The notes beneath the pieces are model-generated. The model saw nothing but the letters and a program-made list of their open reading frames with translations, did no database searches and was not told where the DNA came from. Shown piece after piece: positions 17,282-26,408 of a stretch of DNA of 38,022 bases. Each line of letters opens with the position of its first letter. Position 1 is the stretch's first letter. Source of the stretch: a virus (lineage: Duplodnaviria > Caudoviricetes); IMG/VR virus record IMGVR_UViG_3300047275_000500, positions 1-38,022 of that record; one strand, given 5' to 3'. Both the position numbers and the translations under genes were made by a program.

Positions 17282-18882
17282 TGTCAGAAGAACAAGAGTT
17301 TTTTATTGGGGCAAAGATTGATGACTTATCTAGTCCGCTAGATCAGTTTAAAAGCGACGACCCATTCAATAATTCTTGGGATGTTATTAAGTCTTATTCT
17401 GGATTAGAAAATAACTTTAAGCGTAGAACAAGTAGACTTGTTGAAAAAGCACTTTCTCCAGAAAACACACAAGGATATCTTGACAGTGCAAGAGCAGAGC
17501 AGCGAGGTATCGATGGAGCAAAATCAAAAGAAATTAATCCTGGTGTCGTATATAGAAATGCCTATGGATTATTTGATGTAATTACACCACCATGGAATGT
17601 TTATGAACTTGCTAATTATTACGATACATCATTTGCAAACCATGCTGCTATTGATGCTAAGGTAGAAAACATTGTTGGATTAGGATATGACTTTGAGATT
17701 TCTCCAAGCACAATGTTGCGTCTTGAATCTAATCAAGACAAAGATCAAGTATCAAGAGCAAGAAATAGAATTGAAAGAGCCAAAATTGAAATGCACTCTT
17801 GGCTAGAATCTCTTAATGATGATGATTCATTTACAACAACAATGACAAAAGTTTATACAGATATGCAAGCAATTGGAAATGGATATCTTGAAATTGGTAG
17901 AACCACTACTGGCCAGATAGGTTATGTTGGACATATTCCAGCAACAACGATTCGTGTTCGTAGAGTCCGTGATGGATATGTTCAGATTATTGGGCAGAAG
18001 GTTGTTTATTTTAGAAACTTTGGTGCAAACAATCCAAATCCAATTACTGCAGATCCAAGACCAAATGAGATTATTCACTTTAAGCAATACTCGCCATTGA
18101 ACACCTTCTATGGTGTGCCAGATATTCTATCTGCAATTAATTCATTGCATGGAGATCATTTAGCATCTCAATATAACATTGATTATTTTAGCAATAAGGC
18201 TGTTCCTAGATATGTTGTTACATTGAAGGGTGCTCGACTATCTGCAGATGCAGAAGATAAGATGTTTAGATTCTTACAAACAAACCTTAAGGGTCAGTCA
18301 CATAGAACTCTATACATTCCGCTTCCTGGAGATAGTGATTCTAATAAGGTCGAGTTTAAGATGGAGCCAATTGAAAATGGTGTTCAAGAGGGATCGTTCG
18401 AAAGATATCGTAAGCAAAATCGTGATGATATTTTAATTGCTCACCAAGTTCCCCTATCTAAGATTGGTGGAGAAGATGCTGGTGGTATAGCAGCAGCAAT
18501 GTCTCAAGACAGAACATTCAAAGAGCAGGTTGCAAGACCAGCACAGAGAGAATTAGAAAAAATCTTAAACAAAATTATTAAAGAGCAGACTGATATTTTA
18601 GTTCTTAAGTTTAATGAGTTAACTCTAACAGACGAGATTGCACAATCTCAGATTCTGGAAAGATATATTAAAACCCAGGTTATGCTTCCAAATGAAGCAA
18701 GAACAGTACTTGGACTTCCACAAAGGGAAGGAGGAGACGAGCCTTTCCAACCTAAGCCACAAGATACAGCAAACGACAACGCTGATCGTGCACGGGATGG
18801 AGAAAGAACAAACAACCAGTCCGATGGACCTGCCACAATTAGCGGTAGAAATCCAAAGGGTGAAGGAAGATCATCTCAATAG
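17281..18882 (+). CDS. Portal protein
   Basis: GNGYLE, HIPATTIR, NEIIHFK.YSP...YGVP, YFSNKAVP, AHQVP and PNEAR..LGLP motifs, positioned before the protease and capsid genes. Confidence 0.9.
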   Translation: MSEEQEFFIGAKIDDLSSPLDQFKSDDPFNNSWDVIKSYSGLENNFKRRTSRLVEKALSPENTQGYLDSARAEQRGIDGAKSKEINPGVVYRNAYGLFDVITPPWNVYELANYYDTSFANHAAIDAKVENIVGLGYDFEISPSTMLRLESNQDKDQVSRARNRIERAKIEMHSWLESLNDDDSFTTTMTKVYTDMQAIGNGYLEIGRTTTGQIGYVGHIPATTIRVRRVRDGYVQIIGQKVVYFRNFGANNPNPITADPRPNEIIHFKQYSPLNTFYGVPDILSAINSLHGDHLASQYNIDYFSNKAVPRYVVTLKGARLSADAEDKMFRFLQTNLKGQSHRTLYIPLPGDSDSNKVEFKMEPIENGVQEGSFERYRKQNRDDILIAHQVPLSKIGGEDAGGIAAAMSQDRTFKEQVARPAQRELEKILNKIIKEQTDILVLKFNELTLTDEIAQSQILERYIKTQVMLPNEARTVLGLPQREGGDEPFQPKPQDTANDNADRARDGERTNNQSDGPATISGRNPKGEGRSSQ

Positions 18883-18925
18883 TTTTCCACAGGTTTATAC
18901 ACAATTTATTAACATTTGTGTAAAA
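18883..18925. promoter_or_regulatory. Cluster of DnaA-box-like 9-mers
   Basis: TTTTCCACA (18883), TTATACACA (18895), TTATTAACA (18906, degenerate) and TGTGTAAAA (18917, reverse strand TTTTACACA). Three match TTWTNCACA exactly. Confidence 0.6.
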
Positions 18926-18948
18926 AAGGCTCTATAATATATTCTAGT

Positions 18949-20289
18949 ATGACTATATCAAAAGCCCATTGGAACACCGATGGGGAATCAGTAAGGCTTT
19001 CCCTTCCATTTGCGAAGGTTGATAAGGAGAGACGTATCGTCTCAGGTTTTGCCTCGCTTGATAACATTGATAAACAAGGCGATATCGTTACAACAGAAGC
19101 ATCTGTAAAAGCATTTACAAACTTCCGTGGCAACATTCGTGAAATGCATATGCCATCTGCAGTAGGAAAGATGGTTTCTTTTAAAGAAGATAAATTCTTT
19201 GATCCAGAGTCTAAGAAATTTTACTCTGGTGTTTTTGTTTCTGCATATATTTCAAAGGGTGCACAAGATGCATGGGAAAAAGTTCTTGATGGAACATACA
19301 CAGGTTTTTCAATCGGCGGTAGAATGAATAAGTGGGATGATGGCTATGATGAGAAGTCAGATTCTACAATTAGAATTATTAAAGATTATGATTTGGTAGA
19401 GTTGAGTCTTGTAGATTCACCAGCAAATCAGTTTGCAAATATCATGCATGTTGAAAAGGTAGATGGCGTTGATATTGTAAAGGGTCAAGATGTTGAGTTA
19501 GAAAATGTTTTTTATGATGAGGAATCTGGAATAGTAATGGTTTCAGATCAAGAAACAGTAAATAGTCCAGTTACTGGAAATGAAATGAAGAATATAGGGT
19601 TCGTTGAAAAAACGGATAGTGAAAAAATGGATATAGTCAAATTCTTAGTAGATAGTGCTAAAGGCATTGATGCTAAGATTTCAAAGGAGGAAAATCCTAT
19701 GGCAAAAACAAAGAAAGTTACTGATGAAGTAACAGAAATTGCAAAGTCAGAAGAAATCGCTCCAGAGGCAGTTGCCGAAACTCCTGTAGTCGAAACTGAA
19801 AAGGCTGACGAAGTTGTTGTTGAAACAACTGAAACTGCTGACACAGAAAAGGCTGCAGCACCATCCACACCATCAAAGGAAGAAGAAGATTCTGCTGAAG
19901 ATGAAATGGAAGATGAAGAAGAAATGAAGGCAAAGAAATCAGATGAAGTTATTGCTGAATCAATAGCGGATATCAAGAGCACAATCTCAACAGCCTTTAG
20001 CGATTTAGTTGAAACTGTAAAGTCTTTGCAGGCAGAAGTAGAAGTACTTAAGTCTAGCAAGGTTGATACAGATGCAGTAAAGGGTTCATTAGAAGCAGTC
20101 GCCAAAGATATTGCTGCAATTAATGACCGTTTTAATAATTTTGGAAAGCGTGTTGACGCAGTAGAAGCAGATACAGCATTCCGAAAGTCTGGCGATCTAG
20201 GCGAGATCGTTCAGGAACAACCATCAGAAATGATGGAGAAATCCCTATGGGGCGGACGTTTCCTCAAAACAGCCGACTTATTTAGATAA
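18949..20289 (+). CDS. Prohead maturation protease fused to an acidic/coiled-coil scaffold domain
   Basis: GFAS...D.QGD, EMH, GFSIGG and ELSLVDSPAN protease motifs, with an E/K/A-rich C-terminal half. ATG 18949 follows TATAAT at 18933. Confidence 0.85.
   Translation: MTISKAHWNTDGESVRLSLPFAKVDKERRIVSGFASLDNIDKQGDIVTTEASVKAFTNFRGNIREMHMPSAVGKMVSFKEDKFFDPESKKFYSGVFVSAYISKGAQDAWEKVLDGTYTGFSIGGRMNKWDDGYDEKSDSTIRIIKDYDLVELSLVDSPANQFANIMHVEKVDGVDIVKGQDVELENVFYDEESGIVMVSDQETVNSPVTGNEMKNIGFVEKTDSEKMDIVKFLVDSAKGIDAKISKEENPMAKTKKVTDEVTEIAKSEEIAPEAVAETPVVETEKADEVVVETTETADTEKAAAPSTPSKEEEDSAEDEMEDEEEMKAKKSDEVIAESIADIKSTISTAFSDLVETVKSLQAEVEVLKSSKVDTDAVKGSLEAVAKDIAAINDRFNNFGKRVDAVEADTAFRKSGDLGEIVQEQPSEMMEKSLWGGRFLKTADLFR
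19699..20289 (+). CDS. Putative nested in-frame scaffolding protein
   Basis: AAGGAGG (19684-19690) lies 8 nt before an in-frame ATG at the protease/scaffold boundary. Confidence 0.65.
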   Translation: MAKTKKVTDEVTEIAKSEEIAPEAVAETPVVETEKADEVVVETTETADTEKAAAPSTPSKEEEDSAEDEMEDEEEMKAKKSDEVIAESIADIKSTISTAFSDLVETVKSLQAEVEVLKSSKVDTDAVKGSLEAVAKDIAAINDRFNNFGKRVDAVEADTAFRKSGDLGEIVQEQPSEMMEKSLWGGRFLKTADLFR

Positions 20290-20312
20290 GTAAAATACTT
20301 GGAGGTGACAAT

Positions 20313-21455
20313 ATGTCGGAAGAAATAAAGAAAAACCAACCAGGAGAATCTGGACAACTCGGTGGAACAACACCAGGTCTTTATCAGGCACAGGGTGCAT
20401 TTGCATCAGGTTCTGAAGCAGGTTCAAACATCCCTGGCAATTATACTGATGGTGGTGTATTGGGAAATGTCCCAAACGCTAACCTAGGTCTTACAACAGG
20501 ACCAAATGCAGTAAATCCTTCAGGTGAGGCTGGAAGCGGTATCCTACGCCCTGAACAGGCACAGCGTTTCATTGATTACGTTTGGGACGCCACAGTTCTC
20601 GCCCAGGATGGTCGCCGTGTCACAATGAGAGCAAACACCATGGAACTCGAAAAGATTAACGTGGGTGAACGAGTTATTCGTGCTGCTGCTCAAGGTGTCG
20701 GTGACTACACCAATACTGGTGCAACATTCAGCAAGGTAGAACTTACAACCAAGAAGATTCGTCTAGACTGGGAAGTATCTGCTGAAGCACTTGAAGACAA
20801 TATTGAAGGAGCAGCGCTTGAAGATCATCTAGTTCGCTTGATGACTAACGCATTCGCTAACGATATCGAAGATCTCGCTATCAATGGTGACGGCGCAACA
20901 GGTAACTTCCTTTCAATCATGAAGGGCTTTGTTAAGAAGCATCAGGACAACGGAGACTCACACGAGGCTGTTGTTTCTGTTTCTGATAATGCCTGGACAC
21001 CAGAAGTTATGCAGAACCTTATTACTGCATTGCCACGTAAGTATCGTGCACTTAAGAACAACCTAAAGTTCTATGTTGGTACAGATACATTCGCAGGCAT
21101 TGTTAAGAATAATGGTACACTCGCAGATGCTATTGCTGAAGCAATGGGTCCAAGAGTTGCAGGTACTGCAGCAAACCGTCAAGCATACCTTGATGGAAAT
21201 GGTCAGACATTCGGTGGAGCACGTACAACACGTGTTCTTGGCATTGACGTACAAGAAGTTCCTTACTACCCTGAAGGTTATGTCGATTTGACATTCCCTC
21301 AGAACCGTGTATGGGGCTTCCAGAGAGACATCGTCGTAAACCGTGAATATAAGGCAAAGAAGGATACTATTGAATATACAGTATTCGTTCGCTTTGGTAT
21401 TCAATGGGAAGAAGAAGATGCAATCGTCTGGGCCGATGCTGCTTCAGATGACTAA
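20313..21455 (+). CDS. Major capsid protein (HK97-like fold)
   Basis: GGAGGTGA RBS. Motifs GILRPEQA.RFID, VSAEALEDNIEG and DIEDLAINGDG. It follows the scaffold and precedes a terminator. Confidence 0.9.
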   Translation: MSEEIKKNQPGESGQLGGTTPGLYQAQGAFASGSEAGSNIPGNYTDGGVLGNVPNANLGLTTGPNAVNPSGEAGSGILRPEQAQRFIDYVWDATVLAQDGRRVTMRANTMELEKINVGERVIRAAAQGVGDYTNTGATFSKVELTTKKIRLDWEVSAEALEDNIEGAALEDHLVRLMTNAFANDIEDLAINGDGATGNFLSIMKGFVKKHQDNGDSHEAVVSVSDNAWTPEVMQNLITALPRKYRALKNNLKFYVGTDTFAGIVKNNGTLADAIAEAMGPRVAGTAANRQAYLDGNGQTFGGARTTRVLGIDVQEVPYYPEGYVDLTFPQNRVWGFQRDIVVNREYKAKKDTIEYTVFVRFGIQWEEEDAIVWADAASDD

Positions 21456-21474
21456 TCTGTAGACAGTAACCTTT

Positions 21475-21516
21475 GAGAGGGGGCAGGGGAATGATCTCCT
21501 CCCCCTCTTACTTTTT
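21475..21516 (+). terminator. Rho-independent terminator after the capsid gene
   Basis: GAGAGGGGG-C-AGGGGA/TCTCCT-CCCCCTCTT stem followed by ACTTTTT. Confidence 0.85.
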
Positions 21517-21523
21517 AGTATTC

Positions 21524-21532
21524 TGTTATAAT
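21524..21532 (+). promoter_or_regulatory. Extended -10 promoter (TGTTATAAT)
   Basis: Lies between the terminator and the AGGAGG RBS of the 21555 gene. Confidence 0.65.
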
Positions 21533-21554
21533 AGTTCACATAGGAGGTTGAATA

Positions 21555-22013
21555 ATGGAAGAAAACAATTTAAATAACGAAGCACCAGAAGAGACACCTG
21601 TTGTCTCAGAACCAGTTGTAGAGGCTCCTATGCCAGAAGCAAAGGCAGAAGAGCCAGCAAAAGAGGTTTCTGCATGGGAAGCATATAAAGTTGCTGCTGC
21701 AGAAGAGTCTAAAGATTCTGGAGTTATAGGTACAGATAACCTTGCATCGAGCAATCTAGTTCAAGGCATGGGATCTGTTGCAGGTGGTGTTATTGGCGCA
21801 ACACAAGTTGAGCGCACACCAGAGAAGCCTGCTGCTACTCCACAAAAGAAGACAGTTGCTGTACACTCTACAAAGAATGTAAGCCTACCAGGTGTAGGTA
21901 AGGTGTATCGTGGCTATAATATCGTAACACCAGATCAAGCAGAAGCATGGCTTAAGAGAAACCATATTCGTCTTGCTACACCAGAAGAAGTAGCCAAGGA
22001 GTTTGGTCGCTAA
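21555..22013 (+). CDS. Hypothetical protein (acidic low-complexity N-terminus), head-associated position
   Basis: AGGAGG RBS, located between the capsid and connector genes. Confidence 0.75.
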   Translation: MEENNLNNEAPEETPVVSEPVVEAPMPEAKAEEPAKEVSAWEAYKVAAAEESKDSGVIGTDNLASSNLVQGMGSVAGGVIGATQVERTPEKPAATPQKKTVAVHSTKNVSLPGVGKVYRGYNIVTPDQAEAWLKRNHIRLATPEEVAKEFGR

Positions 22014-22892
22014 ATGCAAATATTGAGAGTTCCGCCATATAATCTTAGTGTAGATCTAACTGTTGGATTACCATCCACAGAATATGACTACACAGTTGTT
22101 GATATGGCGGACTTTTCAATAATTGAAGGAAGCGTAACTTCTGGAACAGACTCGAAGGTAACAATCAGTATTTCTTCAAAATACGATACACAGTATCAGA
22201 TTACAATAGACGGAGATGAGCACTATATTGATGTTGTCCGTCCATATATAAACCCAAACGATCATGGAAACACTGCAAGCGAAATTGCAGCATATGCATC
22301 TAATGAAGAATTAGCCAGAGCAATTATAGACTCTGTGTGCGATGTAGAATTTTATTATAAGAAAAAAGTACTTCAGACAACAGGTCAAAGTACAGATTAC
22401 TTACCTATTTGGGTAGATGCTAAAAAGGTTTTAAAGGTTTATGAAAATAATGTTTTAATATATGATGCTGACGATATAGAAAACTCAGTCTCGTTATTTG
22501 AGATAACCCAAGACGCTACAGCAATTACAATGACATTTAATGATAAAGTTAATAGAGATGAGTCTGCTCGTATTTTACTACCAGCCTCACCAACAGATTT
22601 TATAGGACTTGACTATTCTGCAAGAGTATTTCCAAAAGGATGGGACTATACAGTTGTCCTAGAAGCAGGATATAACAAGGTTCCATTAGATATAGTAAGA
22701 GCAACAGAGTTGCTTGTTCATGATATTGAGTGTGGCAAGTTAGATTATTATAAGCGTTATATTGGTGCATATAATACAGATCAGTTTAGAATCCAGTTTG
22801 ATAAAACAGTATTTGAAGGCACTGGCAATTTAATTGTAGACAAAATACTTGATAAATATCGCAAGCCGATTAAGTTTGTCGGAGCACTATAA
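22014..22892 (+). CDS. Putative head-tail adaptor
   Basis: ARAIIDSVC...F and FPKG..Y.V..EAGY..VP.DI..AT motifs typical of adaptors, plus synteny. Confidence 0.65.
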   Translation: MQILRVPPYNLSVDLTVGLPSTEYDYTVVDMADFSIIEGSVTSGTDSKVTISISSKYDTQYQITIDGDEHYIDVVRPYINPNDHGNTASEIAAYASNEELARAIIDSVCDVEFYYKKKVLQTTGQSTDYLPIWVDAKKVLKVYENNVLIYDADDIENSVSLFEITQDATAITMTFNDKVNRDESARILLPASPTDFIGLDYSARVFPKGWDYTVVLEAGYNKVPLDIVRATELLVHDIECGKLDYYKRYIGAYNTDQFRIQFDKTVFEGTGNLIVDKILDKYRKPIKFVGAL

Positions 22893-23341
22893 TGGCAACA
22901 TGCGAAACTACAGACTTCGCATTTCCAATGCAAGCAGATATCTTTCATCCAATTGTTGAACAGGGAACCTACGGCAATATAAAAAAGACATGGGTTTTAG
23001 ATAGAACGATTGCATGTTCTTTTACTGCTGCAGGATCAGCCTCTAAAGAAGAAGTTATTCCAAATGTTAATATAACTCAAGATAAGTTATTAATCGGAAG
23101 ATGTAAGACAGATATAAGAATATCAAGCATAGATGCAAAAAACTCAATTACAAATGTTATTATTACCAACATTAAAGATAAAAACTGTAACGAAATTTAT
23201 CTTGAAACCTCTGGCCCAAGAGCAGGCAAATCAACTATATTTGAGATTGCAAAACAAGAACCATTCGTAGGCCCGTTTGGTGGAATAGAATATTACAGCC
23301 TTGTAATTCGTAGATCAGAAAATCAGGCGGTAGATGTATGA
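22892..23341 (+). CDS. Putative head closure (stopper) protein
   Basis: Size and synteny, with translational coupling. Confidence 0.5.
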   Translation: MATCETTDFAFPMQADIFHPIVEQGTYGNIKKTWVLDRTIACSFTAAGSASKEEVIPNVNITQDKLLIGRCKTDIRISSIDAKNSITNVIITNIKDKNCNEIYLETSGPRAGKSTIFEIAKQEPFVGPFGGIEYYSLVIRRSENQAVDV

Positions 23342-24009
23342 GAGCCGTATTTGAATCCAAGAAGTTTAAAAAAGATATGAAAAACCTAATAGATTATTCT
23401 ATAGGATTTTTAGATGGCATGCAAGCAGGTAAGCAAAAGTTTTTAGTTAATCTAGGTATGGATACTGCTGAAATGGCTGGACAGTTTATAGACTCAAACG
23501 CAAGAGTCAGCCCACAAACATTACACCATGTTTACGAATGGTATCAGGTTGGAAGTCCAAATGCTAGATTGTTTGATATAGACTATACTGTTAATAGAAA
23601 TGGAGTTTCTTTTACTTCTTCATTTACACAATCTGACAGCATTCAATATGGATCTAATACACCATTTAAAGAAAAAGCATCAATTATGGAAAATGGAATA
23701 AGCGTTACAATCAGGCCAAAGAATTCTAATGTGCTTAGGTTTGAAGATAATGGCGAAATTGTTTATACCAAAAAAGAAGTTGTTGTGGATAATCCTGGAG
23801 GAATTACTAGAGGACAGTTCCAGCAAACATTTGAATTATTTTTTGGCAACTACTTTACACAAGCATTTTTAAAGAATAGCGGATTAAGAGATTATTTTTC
23901 TAGACCAACCAGTTATAAAAAGAATCTTGCTGCTGGAGTTAAAGGTGGTAAGACCGTAGGATATCAAACAGGATATCGGTGGGTTGCTAATGCGGGGGCG
24001 ATGATTTAA
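23338..24009 (+). CDS. Putative neck/tail completion protein
   Basis: Synteny and ATGA overlap. Confidence 0.45.
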   Translation: MRAVFESKKFKKDMKNLIDYSIGFLDGMQAGKQKFLVNLGMDTAEMAGQFIDSNARVSPQTLHHVYEWYQVGSPNARLFDIDYTVNRNGVSFTSSFTQSDSIQYGSNTPFKEKASIMENGISVTIRPKNSNVLRFEDNGEIVYTKKEVVVDNPGGITRGQFQQTFELFFGNYFTQAFLKNSGLRDYFSRPTSYKKNLAAGVKGGKTVGYQTGYRWVANAGAMI

Positions 24010-24551
24010 TGGCAGCAGAGATTTGGGCACCAACATCTCCCTACAACACACCAATGTTGTGGATTAATAAATATTTGTCTGAAAAAATACCAGAGTTAAC
24101 TGGATTAGAACAATTTCCCTTTTTCCCAAGCACTCCATCAACAATAGATGATTTGACTGAGTATTTTATGAACAGTACTCAGGGTATTGCCGTTACATGG
24201 GATCGATTAGTTCGAATGCGTAGATCTCCATTCCCACATATCAAACAAGAACAGGCTTTATATTATTTTTATGCACAGGGATCTGCACCAACTGAAACAA
24301 TGGTTCGAATACAAGAATCAGTGCTAAGACTGATGGATCGTGAAGATGAAACTGCAGCAGAAATAAATGACTGGGCTAAAGGAAAATCTTTTGATGGTAT
24401 GACCTGTAAGTTCCAATTCCACAGATTCCGTATTTACCAACTAGAAGAAACCAGGGATATTATAGACTTTGGAACAGCCCGTACCTACGGCGGGAACAAA
24501 ATAATCATAGATTTCGAGTATCATCAGATGCAAGATATAATCAACAATTAA
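24009..24551 (+). CDS. Putative tail terminator protein
   Basis: Immediately precedes the tail tube gene and has a fitting size. Confidence 0.45.
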   Translation: MAAEIWAPTSPYNTPMLWINKYLSEKIPELTGLEQFPFFPSTPSTIDDLTEYFMNSTQGIAVTWDRLVRMRRSPFPHIKQEQALYYFYAQGSAPTETMVRIQESVLRLMDREDETAAEINDWAKGKSFDGMTCKFQFHRFRIYQLEETRDIIDFGTARTYGGNKIIIDFEYHQMQDIINN

Positions 24552-24622
24552 TAAAAGGGTTGTATAATTGTCAATGAGGAAACACGCCTTTTTATTCTAT
24601 AGAACAAAAAAGAGGTGAAATT

Positions 24623-25237
24623 ATGGCTCTAGGCAGTAGCAGTAATATTATCGTTGGTGCAGCGCAGGTCTGGGTATTTGACGGAACTATGGCAGAAGCA
24701 GATTTGCCAGCATACGTCGACGGTACAAAATATGCAACAACACTTGACGCAGATACAGACTTCCGTAACGTAGGTTACACAATGAATGGTTTGGAAATTC
24801 AGTTCCAGCCAGACTTTGGTGAAGTTGCTGTTGATCAGGTCCTTGACGTCGCTAAGTTGTTCAAGCAGGGTATGCAGGTTAACCTAAATACTACATTTGC
24901 TGAATCAACTTTGGAAAATCTTCTTGTGGCAATTGCTGGATCTGACACAGATCTAAGCGCTGTAGCAGGAAATCCAACTCTCAACTTGAAGGCAGGAACC
25001 CTTGGTGAATGTCCAGTTGAGCGAGGCATCGTCGCAGTAGGTCCTGGAACAGGTGATTGCGAGGAAGGATCAAACTTGGAACGCATCTACGCAGCATACC
25101 GTGCACTTTCAATTGAAAATGTTACAGTATCAGCAAAGCGTGATGAAGCAACAATGTTTGAAGTATCATTCCGTCTGCTTCCAAACGACCTTGGATCTTA
25201 TGGTAAGATCGTAGATCGTACAGTAACAGCAGCGTAA
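24623..25237 (+). CDS. Major tail (tube) protein
   Basis: GAGGTG RBS. Motifs NIIVGAA, VGYT..GLE, VDQ.LD and TTFAE.TLENL. It is followed by a terminator, chaperones and the tape measure. Confidence 0.82.
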   Translation: MALGSSSNIIVGAAQVWVFDGTMAEADLPAYVDGTKYATTLDADTDFRNVGYTMNGLEIQFQPDFGEVAVDQVLDVAKLFKQGMQVNLNTTFAESTLENLLVAIAGSDTDLSAVAGNPTLNLKAGTLGECPVERGIVAVGPGTGDCEEGSNLERIYAAYRALSIENVTVSAKRDEATMFEVSFRLLPNDLGSYGKIVDRTVTAA

Positions 25238-25261
25238 GCAATATAGTACAACTTAATAAAT

Positions 25262-25304
25262 CAGAAGGCCCAGCCACATTCGAAAAGGCTGGGCTTTTCT
25301 GTTT
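25262..25304 (+). terminator. Rho-independent terminator after the tail tube gene
   Basis: GCCCAGCC/GGCTGGGC stem followed by TTTTCTGTTT. Confidence 0.85.
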
Positions 25305-25312
25305 GCTATAAT
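25304..25312 (+). promoter_or_regulatory. Extended -10 promoter (TGCTATAAT), probably leaderless
   Basis: Ends 6 nt before ATG 25319 and no SD is present. Confidence 0.65.
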
Positions 25313-25318
25313 AAAGAT

Positions 25319-26005
25319 ATGGCAACTGAAATTTACCAAACCAAAGATATTATTTTATCTGATGGAACCGTTCTGGAAATATCCCCATTAAAAATAAAAT
25401 ACTTAAGAAAGATAATGGACAACTTTGAGCATGTCAAAAATGCCCAAGGAGATCTTGCTGCTATTTCCGCATTAACAGAATGTGCAAGAATCTGCATGGA
25501 ACAATTTAAACCAGAGATAGCAGTCAGCGTAGAAGTTTTAGAAGACTATGTTGACCTAGATGCTATATATGATATTTTAGATATTGGTGCGGGTATCAAA
25601 CTTAGAAAAGACTCAGAGGAAAGTGTAAAGGACCAAGCACAGAAAAGTGGTTCAACATGGGAAGAGTTGGATATAGCAAAACTAGAGTCTGAGGTTTTTC
25701 TACTAGGCATTTGGAAAAATTATGATGAACTAGAAAGATCTTTGGCTTTGCCAGAGTTAATGTCATTGTTGTCTCAAAAGAGAGAAAATGATTATGATAA
25801 TAAAAAGTTCTTGGCTGCCATTCAGGGTATTGATCTAGACAAGAATGTTAATAAGACCAATGCATGGGAAGATATGAAGGCCAGGGTATTTAGTAAAGGT
25901 CAGGCAAAAGACTCTAGTGATATCCTAGCATTACAAGGTATAAATGCACAGCAAGCAGGGTTTGGTATAGGCTTAGGCCTAGACTATGAACAAGTCAAAA
26001 GTTAA
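25319..26005 (+). CDS. Putative tail assembly chaperone, long form
   Basis: Lies between the tube and tape measure genes. Its N-terminal half is paralogous to the 26057 gene. Confidence 0.65.
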   Translation: MATEIYQTKDIILSDGTVLEISPLKIKYLRKIMDNFEHVKNAQGDLAAISALTECARICMEQFKPEIAVSVEVLEDYVDLDAIYDILDIGAGIKLRKDSEESVKDQAQKSGSTWEELDIAKLESEVFLLGIWKNYDELERSLALPELMSLLSQKRENDYDNKKFLAAIQGIDLDKNVNKTNAWEDMKARVFSKGQAKDSSDILALQGINAQQAGFGIGLGLDYEQVKS

Positions 26006-26021
26006 AAATACAAGTCGACTA

Positions 26022-26030
26022 TGGTATAAT
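26022..26030 (+). promoter_or_regulatory. Extended -10 promoter (TGGTATAAT)
   Basis: Intergenic, upstream of a GGAGG RBS. Confidence 0.65.
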
Positions 26031-26056
26031 TAATCAACATATTCTTGGGAGGAATA

Positions 26057-26386
26057 ATGAGTTCAAAAACTAATGTTCAATCTAAAAATGAACTATCTTT
26101 AATTGATGGCACTAAGTTTGAAGTAAAGCCACTAAAGATTTCTTTGCTAAAGCCGTTTCTTGAAAGATTTGGTGAGTTGGCAAATGTAGCAGATGACAAT
26201 ACAAAATCAATGGATGTATTGTTAGATTGTGTCCAGATTGCATTCAAGCAATACCTACCAGCATTGGCAGAAAGCAGAGAGATAGTTGAAGAAAATCTTG
26301 ATCTTCCTACTGTCTATAAGATTATTGATGCTGCTTCAGGTATGTCGTTGTCTGAATCAACAGGCTTTTTAAATTCAGTTAAGTAA
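26057..26386 (+). CDS. Putative tail assembly chaperone, short form
   Basis: GGAGG RBS before ATG 26057. It shares DGT..E..PLKI..L and DL...Y.I.D...G with the previous gene. Confidence 0.65.
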   Translation: MSSKTNVQSKNELSLIDGTKFEVKPLKISLLKPFLERFGELANVADDNTKSMDVLLDCVQIAFKQYLPALAESREIVEENLDLPTVYKIIDAASGMSLSESTGFLNSVK

Positions 26387-26408
26387 TTAAATATTGGGGG
26401 TGTCATGA

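Noticed and set aside
24550-24596. Imperfect inverted repeat around a TATAAT upstream of the tail tube gene
   Set aside because: The pairing is AT-rich and imperfect, and the -10 lacks the exact TGn extension. It is plausibly a promoter but too weak to call.
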